64,000 nucleotides of DNA, taken from Candidatus Fermentibacterota bacterium (lineage in GTDB: Bacteria > Fermentibacterota > Fermentibacteria > Fermentibacterales > JCC-6). Below the pieces are notes generated by a model. It ran no database searches. It had not been told where the DNA came from and saw nothing but the letters and a program-made list of their open reading frames with translations. Below are positions 25,897 to 35,010 of the stretch, in pieces. Position numbers and translations under genes: made by a program. Within the stretch, counting starts at the first letter, position 1, and each line of letters begins with the position of its first letter. Location of the stretch: contig QNDR01000001.1 in the NCBI GenBank assembly GCA_003646025.1, positions 3,837-67,836 of the forward strand, given 5' to 3'.

Positions 25897-27666
25897 ATGA
25901 AATTTACAGATGTAATCTCTCCATTCCTGGCCTGGTCCAGAGCGGCGAAGAAAGCCGATACTATTCCATATCCCACTCAGCAGAACCCGGGAGCAGACAG
26001 GTATCGCGGTTTCCACATTAACGATACAAGCAAGTGTATCGGCTGTGGCAGGTGTGAGACTATCTGCGAGAACAAAGCCATCGACATGGTGAAGGTTGAG
26101 GGTATTGAACCCACAAAGGGAGATTCCGGTCTCAGACCGGTTGTAGACTACGGCAGATGCTGCTGGTGTGCGCTGTGCATCGATGTATGCTCCACTGGCT
26201 CCCTTGCCTTTACCAATGAATACAGATGGGTAACTGAAAAACCCGACACTTGCAGGTACACTCCAGGTGTTGACAAAAAGGCATGGGACAACGAGGAAAA
26301 GGGTTACAGACAGGAAAATGACGTTCTCGGGTGGGCCGGCTCACCCAGGGAAGAAATGACGATCGAAGTTCCAGAAGAGCGAATCAAGACCTTCGATGAA
26401 GTTGTGAAGGGCTACACAGTACAGCAGGCAATGGATGAAGCTTCAAGATGCATCCAGTGCGGTCTCTGCATCAGTGCCTGCCCCGCGCACATGCATATAC
26501 CCGACTACCTGAAGGCCATTGCTGAAGGAAGATTTGTTGATGCGGTTAAACTGTTCTACGACAACAACCCCCTTCCAGAGATGTGCGGAAAGGTCTGCAC
26601 CAGGCAGTGTGAAACAGTCTGTGCCATGGGCTATCAGGGTGAGTCTATCGCAATCAGGTGGCTCAAGCGATTTGCCTGCGAGCAGTTCGAATCCCTTGCC
26701 GATGTGCTTGCACTTGAGGCACAGCCGGGAGAGCCGAACGGGAAGAAGGTTGCAGTTGTTGGCGCAGGTCCTTCAGGTCTCAGTGCTGCATACTACCTTT
26801 CCCGTAAGGGATACGAGGTGCATGTGTTCGACCGCTATGAAAAAGGTGGCGGCGTAGCATGGTACGCCATTCCCGAGTACAGGCTTCCTGCTGAAGGCAT
26901 CAGCAAGCAGATGAAGGTCTTTGAACAGGCCGGCGTAATAATGAATTACGGGAAAGAAATCAATGCCGGAATGCTGAAGAAGCTGGAATCTGAATTCGAT
27001 GCCGTTTACCTTGCCGTTGGACTTCAGAAACCTTCCAGTGCAAGGATTGAGGGTGAGGACCTTCCAGGGGTCAGACCTGCGTTTGATTTCCTTATGAATT
27101 CTCCGGAAAAAACAGAAGATCTCAAAGGCAAAACTGTCATCGTCATAGGCGGGGGAAATGTTGCTATGGACACAGCCAGAACCTGTGTAAGACTCGGGGC
27201 TGAAGTTATCCTGTCCTACAGAAGGCGTGTTGTGGACATGCCGGCAGATGATGAAGAGATCCATGAGGCCATGGAGGAAACCATCGATTTCAGGCCGAAA
27301 ACAATTCCCATCAGAATCGAAAAGACGAAGAACGGTATCAGGTATCTCTACCACGAAGCCAAGATGGTTCCGAACCCCAAAGGAGGCAGGCCTTCACCCA
27401 AGCCGAAGGATGATGTTGAGCATGCAATAGATGCAGACATCCTGTTCTCTGCCATAGGTCAAACCTCCGACATTGAGTTTATTCCCGAATCAATGCAGAA
27501 GGAAATGGAACTCAAATGGGGCCGTATTATCGTAGACGACAAGCAGTACACGGGCTACAAAAACTTCTTCGCCGGTGGCGATATCACACCTGGCGAGGGT
27601 GATGCGATAACAGCAATAGCAGATGGCCTGAGAGCTGTTCAGGGAATAGTAGACCGGCTGGAATAA
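25897..27666 (+). CDS. fusion of a NuoI/MbxN-type 2x[4Fe-4S] ferredoxin subunit with a GltD/SudA-like FAD/NAD(P)H oxidoreductase
   Basis: N-terminus: CIGCGRCETIC plus CCWCALCIDVC (two ferredoxin motifs). Then the GltD N-terminal FeS region (CIQCGLCISACP...NPLPEMCGKVCTRQCETVC). Then two Rossmann motifs (VAVVGAGPSGLSAAYYL and VIVIGGGNVAMDTA). Confidence 0.8.
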   Translation: MKFTDVISPFLAWSRAAKKADTIPYPTQQNPGADRYRGFHINDTSKCIGCGRCETICENKAIDMVKVEGIEPTKGDSGLRPVVDYGRCCWCALCIDVCSTGSLAFTNEYRWVTEKPDTCRYTPGVDKKAWDNEEKGYRQENDVLGWAGSPREEMTIEVPEERIKTFDEVVKGYTVQQAMDEASRCIQCGLCISACPAHMHIPDYLKAIAEGRFVDAVKLFYDNNPLPEMCGKVCTRQCETVCAMGYQGESIAIRWLKRFACEQFESLADVLALEAQPGEPNGKKVAVVGAGPSGLSAAYYLSRKGYEVHVFDRYEKGGGVAWYAIPEYRLPAEGISKQMKVFEQAGVIMNYGKEINAGMLKKLESEFDAVYLAVGLQKPSSARIEGEDLPGVRPAFDFLMNSPEKTEDLKGKTVIVIGGGNVAMDTARTCVRLGAEVILSYRRRVVDMPADDEEIHEAMEETIDFRPKTIPIRIEKTKNGIRYLYHEAKMVPNPKGGRPSPKPKDDVEHAIDADILFSAIGQTSDIEFIPESMQKEMELKWGRIIVDDKQYTGYKNFFAGGDITPGEGDAITAIADGLRAVQGIVDRLE

Positions 27667-27681
27667 CCAGCCCATCACACA

Positions 27682-27711
27682 GGCAGGCGGAGGTTGATGC
27701 CTCCACCTGCC
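27682..27711 (+). terminator. rho-independent-like terminator after the operon
   Basis: GGCAGGCGGAGG-ttgatg-CCTCCACCTGCC hairpin (one mismatch) followed by a T-containing tail. Confidence 0.45.
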
Positions 27712-27951
27712 TTGTATATCGGGAACAAGCACCCCCAGTAACCAATCTTGAAACATTCATTTTCACAGTAGTAATTGCAGCGCCTGTGTTGAGCGCTTAA
27801 CAAAAAGCGATGAGCAGATTCAGGCTGAAATTGAAGAGTATGAAGCATTCGCTGTGTATGATGCTTCCTCTACAGAGGGGTATCAGCCAACGATGTATCA
27901 ACAGTTATAGTGAATACTTCAGACAAATGATATTACGAAAAAAGGGATATT

Positions 27952-28368
27952 TCAGGAATCAAATTTCCTTGTTTCATGCAGAACGATTGGTAGATACTTT
28001 ACAAACTGCTGGAAATCCCTATCTGTAGTGTAAATAGCCATTTTTCTCCGCACCGCAACTGCACATATCAAAAAATCAGTGTTTGATCCCTGAATTCCCT
28101 TTGCCCGGCACTTATTGAAGTATTTAGCTGCAGTAACATGATCAGTGGCTTCCAGAGTGATGTCCGGAAATGCTTTCAGGTGTTCTTCAAGCCTGTCGAA
28201 CTGAGCATCCACACGCAACCCGGACAATAGCTCCTGGCGTATAGGGCCAATTATTTCAACACGATGCTCACGGATCAAACCCTGGAGCTCTCTTGAAACA
28301 TCTGATTCCTCACTGGTTTTCCGGCGAAGAGCCTCAGACCAGACACATGTGTCCACCAGAATTCTCAT
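27952..28368 (-). CDS. vapC: PIN-domain toxin VapC
   Basis: N-terminal MRILVDTCVW, about 138 aa, overlaps the upstream antitoxin by 4 nt. Confidence 0.75.
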   Translation of the reverse strand: MRILVDTCVWSEALRRKTSEESDVSRELQGLIREHRVEIIGPIRQELLSGLRVDAQFDRLEEHLKAFPDITLEATDHVTAAKYFNKCRAKGIQGSNTDFLICAVAVRRKMAIYTTDRDFQQFVKYLPIVLHETRKFDS

Positions 28369-28565
28369 GCTCGGGATCTCTGTTTTTTGTAGTTGTAATC
28401 CTCAGCATAGTCAATGGAGCCAAAAAGGGCTAGTATGTTCTCCTGCTCAAGATGAAGTATGTAGTTAATAAGAGCCTGTGTTACTGCGGCTTTTTTTGTT
28501 TTGTGGTGTCCAAGATCCACTGCCCTGGTTATAAGCTTGTCATCAATCTGCAGATTTGTTGCCAT
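28365..28565 (-). CDS. vapB: type II antitoxin, VapB-like
   Basis: 66-aa protein upstream of and overlapping vapC. RBS GGAGGTGA sits 5 nt before ATG at 28565. Confidence 0.55.
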   Translation of the reverse strand: MATNLQIDDKLITRAVDLGHHKTKKAAVTQALINYILHLEQENILALFGSIDYAEDYNYKKQRSRA

Positions 28566-28734
28566 GAATATCACCTCCACACAAAACTTAACACATTATT
28601 ATGTGTGGGTCAATGTGTGAATTGTTGTTCTGCCATCTATCCGTTCAGCATAGAGCTCTTGGGCTTCTCAGTAACAGGGGGCGGGTATAGCTATGAATAT
28701 CACTTCTGATAAATACTATTCATCCCTGGATAGT

Positions 28735-29511
28735 TTATCTTGTTTCTTTAACTCTTCCCACCGGTGCCAGGTAAACCACGAACTCGTCAACTCCGTCCAG
28801 ATGCAGAAGATCGTCAACCTTGCTCTGCGAGTATGCGGCAATGGCAACTGTCCCCAGCTGAAGAGACTCTGCGGCAAGGTAGAGGTTCTGGCACACATGA
28901 CCTGCGTCCAGAAGCATGGCCTTGTGGGATTCCCCTTTGTAACGCCATTCTCCCATGTAGGGTCTGCAGGCCCAGAAGAAAACAACCGGGGCCTCGCCTG
29001 TAAAGCTCTGTCCCGCTGCTGCCGTAGTAAGTTTTTCCCCGATATTGTTTTCCTGAAACAGGAAGATCAGGCTGTGCCTCAGCGCTGAGTAACGGTATAT
29101 GCCGGGTTTTACTCCGGTAACTCTGTTGATTGCCAGATAGGTTTCAAAAGGGTGACGGGCGCCTGCAGATGGAACCGTTCTGAAAGTTACAGTTCCCCTG
29201 TTTTTGTATGCGTTGATAGTTTTTTTCACACCCTGAGTTGCCCACAGCAAGAAAGACAGCTCTTCCAGCGTAATGCTTCCTGTGGTGTATTTTCTTCTGC
29301 TTACCCTGTCAAGAATACAGTTCGCAAGGCCAGGTTTAATTGCTTTTACAGAATCGTGTTCAGGAAGTGCAATTTCAACAGCATCCGGAAGAATCCGGGA
29401 TTCCACCGGAGGAGGGTTTACTCCCCGATCCTGATCTGATTTTTCTTCAAGAAATTTGGGAGCGTCAAAATGTGACTTCATCAGTTCTCTGTTGGTTATC
29501 CAGTTTTTCAT
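28735..29511 (-). CDS. SagB-type dehydrogenase (nitroreductase superfamily)
   Basis: The pattern ELSFLLWATQG...VPSAGARHPFETYL...LLDAGHVCQNLYLAA is typical of SagB/ThcOx-like proteins. Start chosen at ATG 29511 (TGGAGGAAC-ATG). Confidence 0.6.
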   Translation of the reverse strand: MKNWITNRELMKSHFDAPKFLEEKSDQDRGVNPPPVESRILPDAVEIALPEHDSVKAIKPGLANCILDRVSRRKYTTGSITLEELSFLLWATQGVKKTINAYKNRGTVTFRTVPSAGARHPFETYLAINRVTGVKPGIYRYSALRHSLIFLFQENNIGEKLTTAAAGQSFTGEAPVVFFWACRPYMGEWRYKGESHKAMLLDAGHVCQNLYLAAESLQLGTVAIAAYSQSKVDDLLHLDGVDEFVVYLAPVGRVKETR

Positions 29512-29632
29512 GTTCCTCCAATGTTCTGGGCAATATGGGAACGGGTTGAGATTTGTGCAATCGGTGCGTTTGGAATAATGGTCCGAATTGTTTAGTATTA
29601 ATTCAAGGAGCATTACAAAGAAGGAGATTAGA

Positions 29633-30076
29633 GTGAGCGCATCTAACAGGGACACACTGCATCTTCTGGCAGTATTTCACTATGTAGTCGCAGGGCTGAT
29701 TGCTCTTGCTGCATGTTTTCCACTGATTCACTTGACCGCAGGCATGTTTCTGGCTGTTGGAGGCGTCAGTAATGATGAGCCTGCAGCGGGAGTTGTAGGT
29801 GCAACCTTTGTGGTGATTGCAGCCATTCTGATTATCATTGGATGGGGTCTTGCGATATTCGTATTTATTTCAGGGAAAAACCTGGACAGGCAGACGAAGT
29901 ATCAGTTCTGCATGGTCGGGGCAGGTGTGTTGTGCATATTTATGCCTCTTGGTACAATACTGGGAGTCTTTACCCTGGTGACCCTGCAGGATGATGCAGT
30001 GAAACAGCTCTTCAAGAACAATGAACAGTCTGTTCCTGGTGACCAGTCAGAATCTTTGAAACAGCGGAAAGACTGA
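29633..30076 (+). CDS. small membrane protein, paralog A (DTLHLL family), 3-4 TM
   Basis: GTG start at 29633 after AAGGAG. About 60% identical to the 30776 ORF, including at the nucleotide level. Confidence 0.55.
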   Translation: MSASNRDTLHLLAVFHYVVAGLIALAACFPLIHLTAGMFLAVGGVSNDEPAAGVVGATFVVIAAILIIIGWGLAIFVFISGKNLDRQTKYQFCMVGAGVLCIFMPLGTILGVFTLVTLQDDAVKQLFKNNEQSVPGDQSESLKQRKD

Positions 30077-30080
30077 TTTC

Positions 30081-30632
30081 ATGAACGAACTGTACAACAG
30101 ACACACAGAGTACAGGCATTGTCACCTTGGAGGCTCAGTATATCTGGCGGTTGAAGGGGTACTCTGGTTGCTTTCTGCCGCTTTCGGGGCAGCAGGGCAG
30201 GTACCGGCCGCCATGCTGATTCTTCTGATTGGCGGTATGCTGATTCACCCGGTTGCCTCCGGCTTCTCCAGATTGTTGGGTATGTCTTCACCGGCAGAGT
30301 CAAGCACGCTGCCGGTTCTTAATACCTGGCTTGCTCTGACAATACCACTGGGGCTTCCGCTGATAATTATGACTACTGCAGATGGTCATGCCAGCATGTT
30401 TTACCCTGCCTTTGCCGTACTGGTTGGGGCACACTGGTTACCGTTTGCGTGGATTTATTCTATGAAGTCATTTCTTGTGATTGCAGGTAGTATGGTAACT
30501 GCCGGTATCTTCTTTGGCTTTGTCCACACCGCTTCCTTTTCTGCGTGCGGTTTTATTTCCGGAGGTATTCTGCTTGTGTTTTCAGCTGTGCATTACTTCA
30601 TGGTTCGCCGGGAGTTGCACACACATTCCTGA
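30081..30632 (+). CDS. polytopic membrane protein of unknown function
   Basis: 183 aa, hydrophobic, lies between the two paralogs. Confidence 0.5.
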   Translation: MNELYNRHTEYRHCHLGGSVYLAVEGVLWLLSAAFGAAGQVPAAMLILLIGGMLIHPVASGFSRLLGMSSPAESSTLPVLNTWLALTIPLGLPLIIMTTADGHASMFYPAFAVLVGAHWLPFAWIYSMKSFLVIAGSMVTAGIFFGFVHTASFSACGFISGGILLVFSAVHYFMVRRELHTHS

Positions 30633-30775
30633 GCGATCACAATGTATTCTTGAGTGGTTTGCGGGTCTCAATAAATGCTAACTGATCCGCAGGTTTGATT
30701 CAGTTTGTTATACGGCGCTGTAGTTACTATTTTTGCTGAAGAAGATCGTGTCGATGCACTGAAACTGGGGGAATT

Positions 30776-31216
30776 ATGAGTACTACAGACAAAGATACGC
30801 TGCATCTGCTTTCTATTTTTCATTACATTATGGCTGGCATCATCGCACTTCTCTTCTGTCTGCCACTGCTGCATTTCGCAATGGGGGTCACATTGACCGT
30901 GGGAGGTCTTACCCAGGAAGAACCCGCTCTTGGAATACTTGGTGCAGCAATCTCTGTTGTCGTGGGGGTGATCATTCTTATCGGCTGGGGATTGGCTTTG
31001 CTGGTGTTTCTCGCGGGAAAGAACCTCGACCGGCAGACGAAGTATCAGGTTTGCCTGTACGGAGCGGGAGTACTGTGTATATTTATTCCCATGGGAACAA
31101 TCCTGGGCGTTTTTACCCTGGTTACCCTTCAGGACGATTCGGTAAAAGAGTTATTCAACAGAAACAGTGCATCCCCGGTGCTGTCTGAAGAAACAACGCC
31201 ATCTGAAGAACTTTAA
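30776..31216 (+). CDS. small membrane protein, paralog B (DTLHLL family)
   Basis: Paralog of 29633..30076. Confidence 0.55.
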   Translation: MSTTDKDTLHLLSIFHYIMAGIIALLFCLPLLHFAMGVTLTVGGLTQEEPALGILGAAISVVVGVIILIGWGLALLVFLAGKNLDRQTKYQVCLYGAGVLCIFIPMGTILGVFTLVTLQDDSVKELFNRNSASPVLSEETTPSEEL

Positions 31217-31261
31217 CAGTAATTGAACTGACGTCCCCGCGCCGGAAAAGAGTGGAGTATA

Positions 31262-33295
31262 ATGCGAAGTCTTTTTGCTGTTCTGCTTGTGGGTTGTGTT
31301 TCGTCTTTTGCCGCACAGCTTACATACCATGTGGATTTTCAGAATCGCACCCTTGTAGAATCCAGTTACATGGGGTACACAAGGGTACAAATTTCCGGTT
31401 GTGAATCTGCCGGTTCGCCAGGGGAACCGCTTCTTCCAGCTCAGGTTGTTGCTCTGGTTGTTCCCTCCGGTGCTTTTAACGTAACTGTTTCTGCTGATGC
31501 GGAAGAGACAGTGTTAACCAGTGTGTCCGGCGTTGTTCAGCCAGTGGCTGTACCCCGTCCATTCAGCGCGGTTTTTTCCACACCGCAGACGATTCATGAG
31601 AATCCGTCTATCTACAGTTCAGATGCTTTCTGGCCGGCCGGAAGGGTACAGAATCTCAGAACAGGAAACAAATCCGGTTTTACGATTGTAAGTTTTCTTG
31701 TGTATCCGTACACCTGCAATCCTGTTTCCAGAGAGCTTGAGTTTGCTCCCGCTGTGGATGTAACTGTAACCTGGGATCAGGGAGCTGCAGTTGCAGTTTC
31801 TCCTTCCCAGGCGGAAACAGCAGGTGAACAGATCCGGAGCTGGGTTAACAATCCTGAAGACATTCAGCAGTGCAGCCCCATGACCATTGGTTTCGACGGA
31901 GTAGATTACCTTGTGGTAACTTCAGGCGACTATTCAGACTCGTTCACTTCTTTTGTGACTTTCAAAAATTCCCAGGGAATTTCAACTGAGCTGGTGGACA
32001 TTGCGGACATTGTTTCAGGCACATCAGGTTACGATGACGCCGAGAAGCTGCGTAACTACATAATTCAACGATACAACGCCGACGGGGTCAAGTATGTTCT
32101 GCTTGCAGGAGACCAGTCTGTTGTTCCTGTGCGGTCGGTGAACCTGTCCTGCGAAGGCTATACAGACACAGCTCCTGTGGATCTGTACTTCAGCGATCTT
32201 GACGGTACCTGGGACGCAAATGGTGATCACAACTACGGTCAGCCCGGTGACAGTCTCGATCTTTACGCTGATATTGCGGTGGGCAGAGCCCTGTTTGATT
32301 CCGCAGACGAGGCTGCAATTTTTGTTGAAAGATCCATAAGTTACGAGGGCACACCACCGGCAGGTGACTGGCAGACCACGGCCATGCTCTGCGGAGCAGG
32401 GCTGTTTACCGGTTACACAGGCGCGAAAGTGTGCGATTCAATTGCAGTCAACCTTCCATCGGGCTGGATTGTAAACAAGGCTTATGAATCCGCTCGCTCG
32501 AGTGATGGTTTTACCACACCCACTGATATTATCAACACTGGTGCAAACTGGGTACACTATGCCGGCCATGGGAACACAGGTGGTATCTACTGGCAGGGTT
32601 CTCCTTCATCCATGATGACCAATTCCATAGCGCAGGGGCTTACCAACGGAGACAAGGCCGGTATCCATCACAGTATTGCGTGTATGCCGGGAGCTTTTCA
32701 AAGCGGTGAGTGTTGTGCGGAGGCTTTGTGGCACAACAGTGGCGGCGGAGCCGCTTCTGTGATGTTCAATACCAGTTACGGGTGGGAGGGAAACCTTCCA
32801 GAAATGGGTGTTAGTGAGTGGATGTGTGTTTACCTTACGGAAGAGGTATACCAGAACGGGAATTCTCTTATCGGTGAAGCCTTTGCAACATCGAAAGACC
32901 GCAGAGTTCCTCTGTGGACAGGCGGGTACGACAGAGAACTTTACTGTATACTTGACTGGCACGGCTTTCACGATCCCACTCTGATTCCTTTGAACGGAAG
33001 TTCCGGTGTGGAAGATAGTTCACAGGGTATGGTATCGCCGCAGACTTCTCTTGCCGGGCCATTCCCCAATCCTGTCGTTTCCGGGGAATCTGTTTCCTTT
33101 GCCGCAGGTTTCGCTGGTTCATCAGCCAGACTTTCTGTTTATGATGTTTCAGGCAGGCTTGTGTGGACTCAGCTTCTGGAGGGTTCCGGTTCAGTTTTAT
33201 GGAACACTGGATACGGTGTTCATCCCGGAATCTATCTGGTAAGGCTTGAAGCCGGTTCATCTTCGGCAGTAAGCAAACTGATCGTTACCAACTGA
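31262..33295 (+). CDS. secreted C25 (gingipain-like) family peptidase with a T9SS C-terminal sorting domain
   Basis: Signal peptide present. Candidate catalytic His/Cys in VHYAGHGNTGG and HSIACMPGAF. The C-terminal ~80 aa (LSVYDVSGRLVW...GIYLVRLEAG...KLIVTN) looks like a T9SS CTD. Confidence 0.55.
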   Translation: MRSLFAVLLVGCVSSFAAQLTYHVDFQNRTLVESSYMGYTRVQISGCESAGSPGEPLLPAQVVALVVPSGAFNVTVSADAEETVLTSVSGVVQPVAVPRPFSAVFSTPQTIHENPSIYSSDAFWPAGRVQNLRTGNKSGFTIVSFLVYPYTCNPVSRELEFAPAVDVTVTWDQGAAVAVSPSQAETAGEQIRSWVNNPEDIQQCSPMTIGFDGVDYLVVTSGDYSDSFTSFVTFKNSQGISTELVDIADIVSGTSGYDDAEKLRNYIIQRYNADGVKYVLLAGDQSVVPVRSVNLSCEGYTDTAPVDLYFSDLDGTWDANGDHNYGQPGDSLDLYADIAVGRALFDSADEAAIFVERSISYEGTPPAGDWQTTAMLCGAGLFTGYTGAKVCDSIAVNLPSGWIVNKAYESARSSDGFTTPTDIINTGANWVHYAGHGNTGGIYWQGSPSSMMTNSIAQGLTNGDKAGIHHSIACMPGAFQSGECCAEALWHNSGGGAASVMFNTSYGWEGNLPEMGVSEWMCVYLTEEVYQNGNSLIGEAFATSKDRRVPLWTGGYDRELYCILDWHGFHDPTLIPLNGSSGVEDSSQGMVSPQTSLAGPFPNPVVSGESVSFAAGFAGSSARLSVYDVSGRLVWTQLLEGSGSVLWNTGYGVHPGIYLVRLEAGSSSAVSKLIVTN

Positions 33296-33397
33296 CAGTG
33301 TTGTCCGGGTGACGGAGAATTCTTGAATGCGGTAAAAACACAGATACCGCAATGAGGCTGCAGTTGAGACTTGCTATTTAGCTGATCTGAAATGAAA

Positions 33398-33421
33398 GTG
33401 GGGAGCCGCCTGGCTCCCCAC
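33398..33421. terminator. bidirectional hairpin terminator between the peptidase gene and nox
   Basis: Perfect 10-bp stem GTGGGGAGCC/GGCTCCCCAC with a T-rich tail on the minus strand. Confidence 0.55.
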
Positions 33422-33435
33422 TGAATACCCGCGTG

Positions 33436-34800
33436 TTAGCCGTGGCTGCAGTTGATCTTTGAGATGGCGTCTTCGCACGCTTTGATTAGCGAGTACTTTG
33501 TAGGGGCGGTTGTAAGAAGAGGATGGGTTCCAACCTGGAAAGAAACCAGCTCATACACGGTTATGTACTTCTGTATAGCAAGAGCTATGATGTTTATCAT
33601 TTCTCCTATTGACTTCCCGCCGTAGATCTCTCCTCCGATGATCTCACCGTTTTTAGGTGAGACTATAATTCGTATGCGGATTTCTTTTGCTCCGGGCAGT
33701 GTACCCGGGTGTCTGTCCATATCCGAGAAACTTCCCGTTACATAGTCAACTCTGGATTCTTCAGCAGACTGTTCAATGGCACCTGCAGAGGCAAAGGCAT
33801 AGCCGTTGAGCTCTGTGGAGAATACGGAAAGAGTGCCGGAAAAAGTTCTGAGGATACCTATTTTACACAGGTTGTACCCCAGAATGCGGGCTTCAGCTGT
33901 TGCAGTGGATGCCAGCATGATGTTGTCTGTTCTGCCGGTGATAAACCCGAAGGTCTCGGAACAGTCTCCCACGGCAAAAACATCTTCAAAGTCTGTACGC
34001 ATAAACTTGTCAACTCTGATTGTTCCGCTGCTGGTGATCTGCAATCCTGCCCTTTTTGCAAGATCGGTATTGGGCCTGTAACCTATGGCGGAAATAACCA
34101 TGTCTGCCTCTATGATTTTTCCGCTTTTCAGCTTGACAGAATGAACTTTGCCATCTTCCCCAACAAGCTCTTCCACTGTACTTCCAGTAAGAACGTTCAC
34201 ACCGGCTTTTTTGAGGTTTTCATCGGCAAGAGCTGCAAAGTCGGGAGAAAATGCCCGGCCCAGACAGTGATCCATCATTTCAACAATGGTAACTTTCTTA
34301 TCGGGGTGTTTGGCTATCTGCTCGGCAACTTCAGCGCCAATAAATCCACCACCGATAATGACAACATTCTTTGCAGATGCTACCCTTTCCTTGAGGGCTG
34401 TTATGTAGTTAAAACTCTTTGGAATAGTCTCTACATTTTCAAGGTCGTAGCCTTTGATGAAGGTTGGTATTGTAGGCGTGGATCCGGTTGCGAAAACAAG
34501 CTTCCTGTACGACAGTTCGAGACCAGACTCGGTTGTAATCGTGGTATTTTTCAGATCAATTTCCGTTACTTTGTCTACAAGAACTTCTCCTCCTGCTTTT
34601 ATGAATGGGGCAGGCCCCATCTTGTTCTGAGAAACGCTGTCCAGGTCGTGGAATACATAGGGAATACCACAGGGGACAAGACCGTTTTCTTCTTCTTTGA
34701 TCATAAGGAACGATGCCTGGGGATTCTGTTTCTGAGCAGTTACCCCGGTGATCAATCCTGACGGCCCTCCGCCGATAATGATTACATCGTAGGCTTTCAT
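33436..34800 (-). CDS. FAD-dependent pyridine nucleotide-disulfide oxidoreductase (NADH oxidase / CoA-disulfide reductase family)
   Basis: VIIIGGGPSGL motif, redox-Cys motif LVPCGIPY, and a second Rossmann motif VVIIGGGFIGAE. RBS GGAG precedes ATG at 34800; the track ORF start is an upstream extension. Confidence 0.75.
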   Translation of the reverse strand: MKAYDVIIIGGGPSGLITGVTAQKQNPQASFLMIKEEENGLVPCGIPYVFHDLDSVSQNKMGPAPFIKAGGEVLVDKVTEIDLKNTTITTESGLELSYRKLVFATGSTPTIPTFIKGYDLENVETIPKSFNYITALKERVASAKNVVIIGGGFIGAEVAEQIAKHPDKKVTIVEMMDHCLGRAFSPDFAALADENLKKAGVNVLTGSTVEELVGEDGKVHSVKLKSGKIIEADMVISAIGYRPNTDLAKRAGLQITSSGTIRVDKFMRTDFEDVFAVGDCSETFGFITGRTDNIMLASTATAEARILGYNLCKIGILRTFSGTLSVFSTELNGYAFASAGAIEQSAEESRVDYVTGSFSDMDRHPGTLPGAKEIRIRIIVSPKNGEIIGGEIYGGKSIGEMINIIALAIQKYITVYELVSFQVGTHPLLTTAPTKYSLIKACEDAISKINCSHG

Positions 34801-35010
34801 AGTAAACTCCAACTGTTTAGTGTTGCGCATACTGGAACTGTGTGGAAGAGAGAAACTCTCTAAACACCATTGTGAATATATGAATAAGGGTAATAGAAAT
34901 ACAACTATTCTATATCAATTATATATGAATATATTAATACATACTGAAGTGATAGGAAATTAAAAACCAGCAACGGAGATACTTCAAAAGGATCTCCGCT
35001 GCTGTGACTG

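Noticed and set aside
33709-34761. 350-aa plus-strand ORF antisense to the NADH-oxidase-family gene.
   Set aside because: The minus-strand frame carries clear FAD/NAD Rossmann and redox-Cys motifs. The antisense frame is Cys/Phe-rich with no motifs. Similar shadow ORFs at 61248..62087 and 52374..53594 were rejected for the same reason.
34801-35010. AT-rich block with short direct repeats (tatatgaata) upstream of the NADH-oxidase gene, considered as a mobile-element remnant.
   Set aside because: It is more simply the promoter and terminator region between the paralog array and nox. A hairpin (CGGAGAT...ATCTCCG) with a T-run fits a terminator, and there are no terminal inverted repeats.
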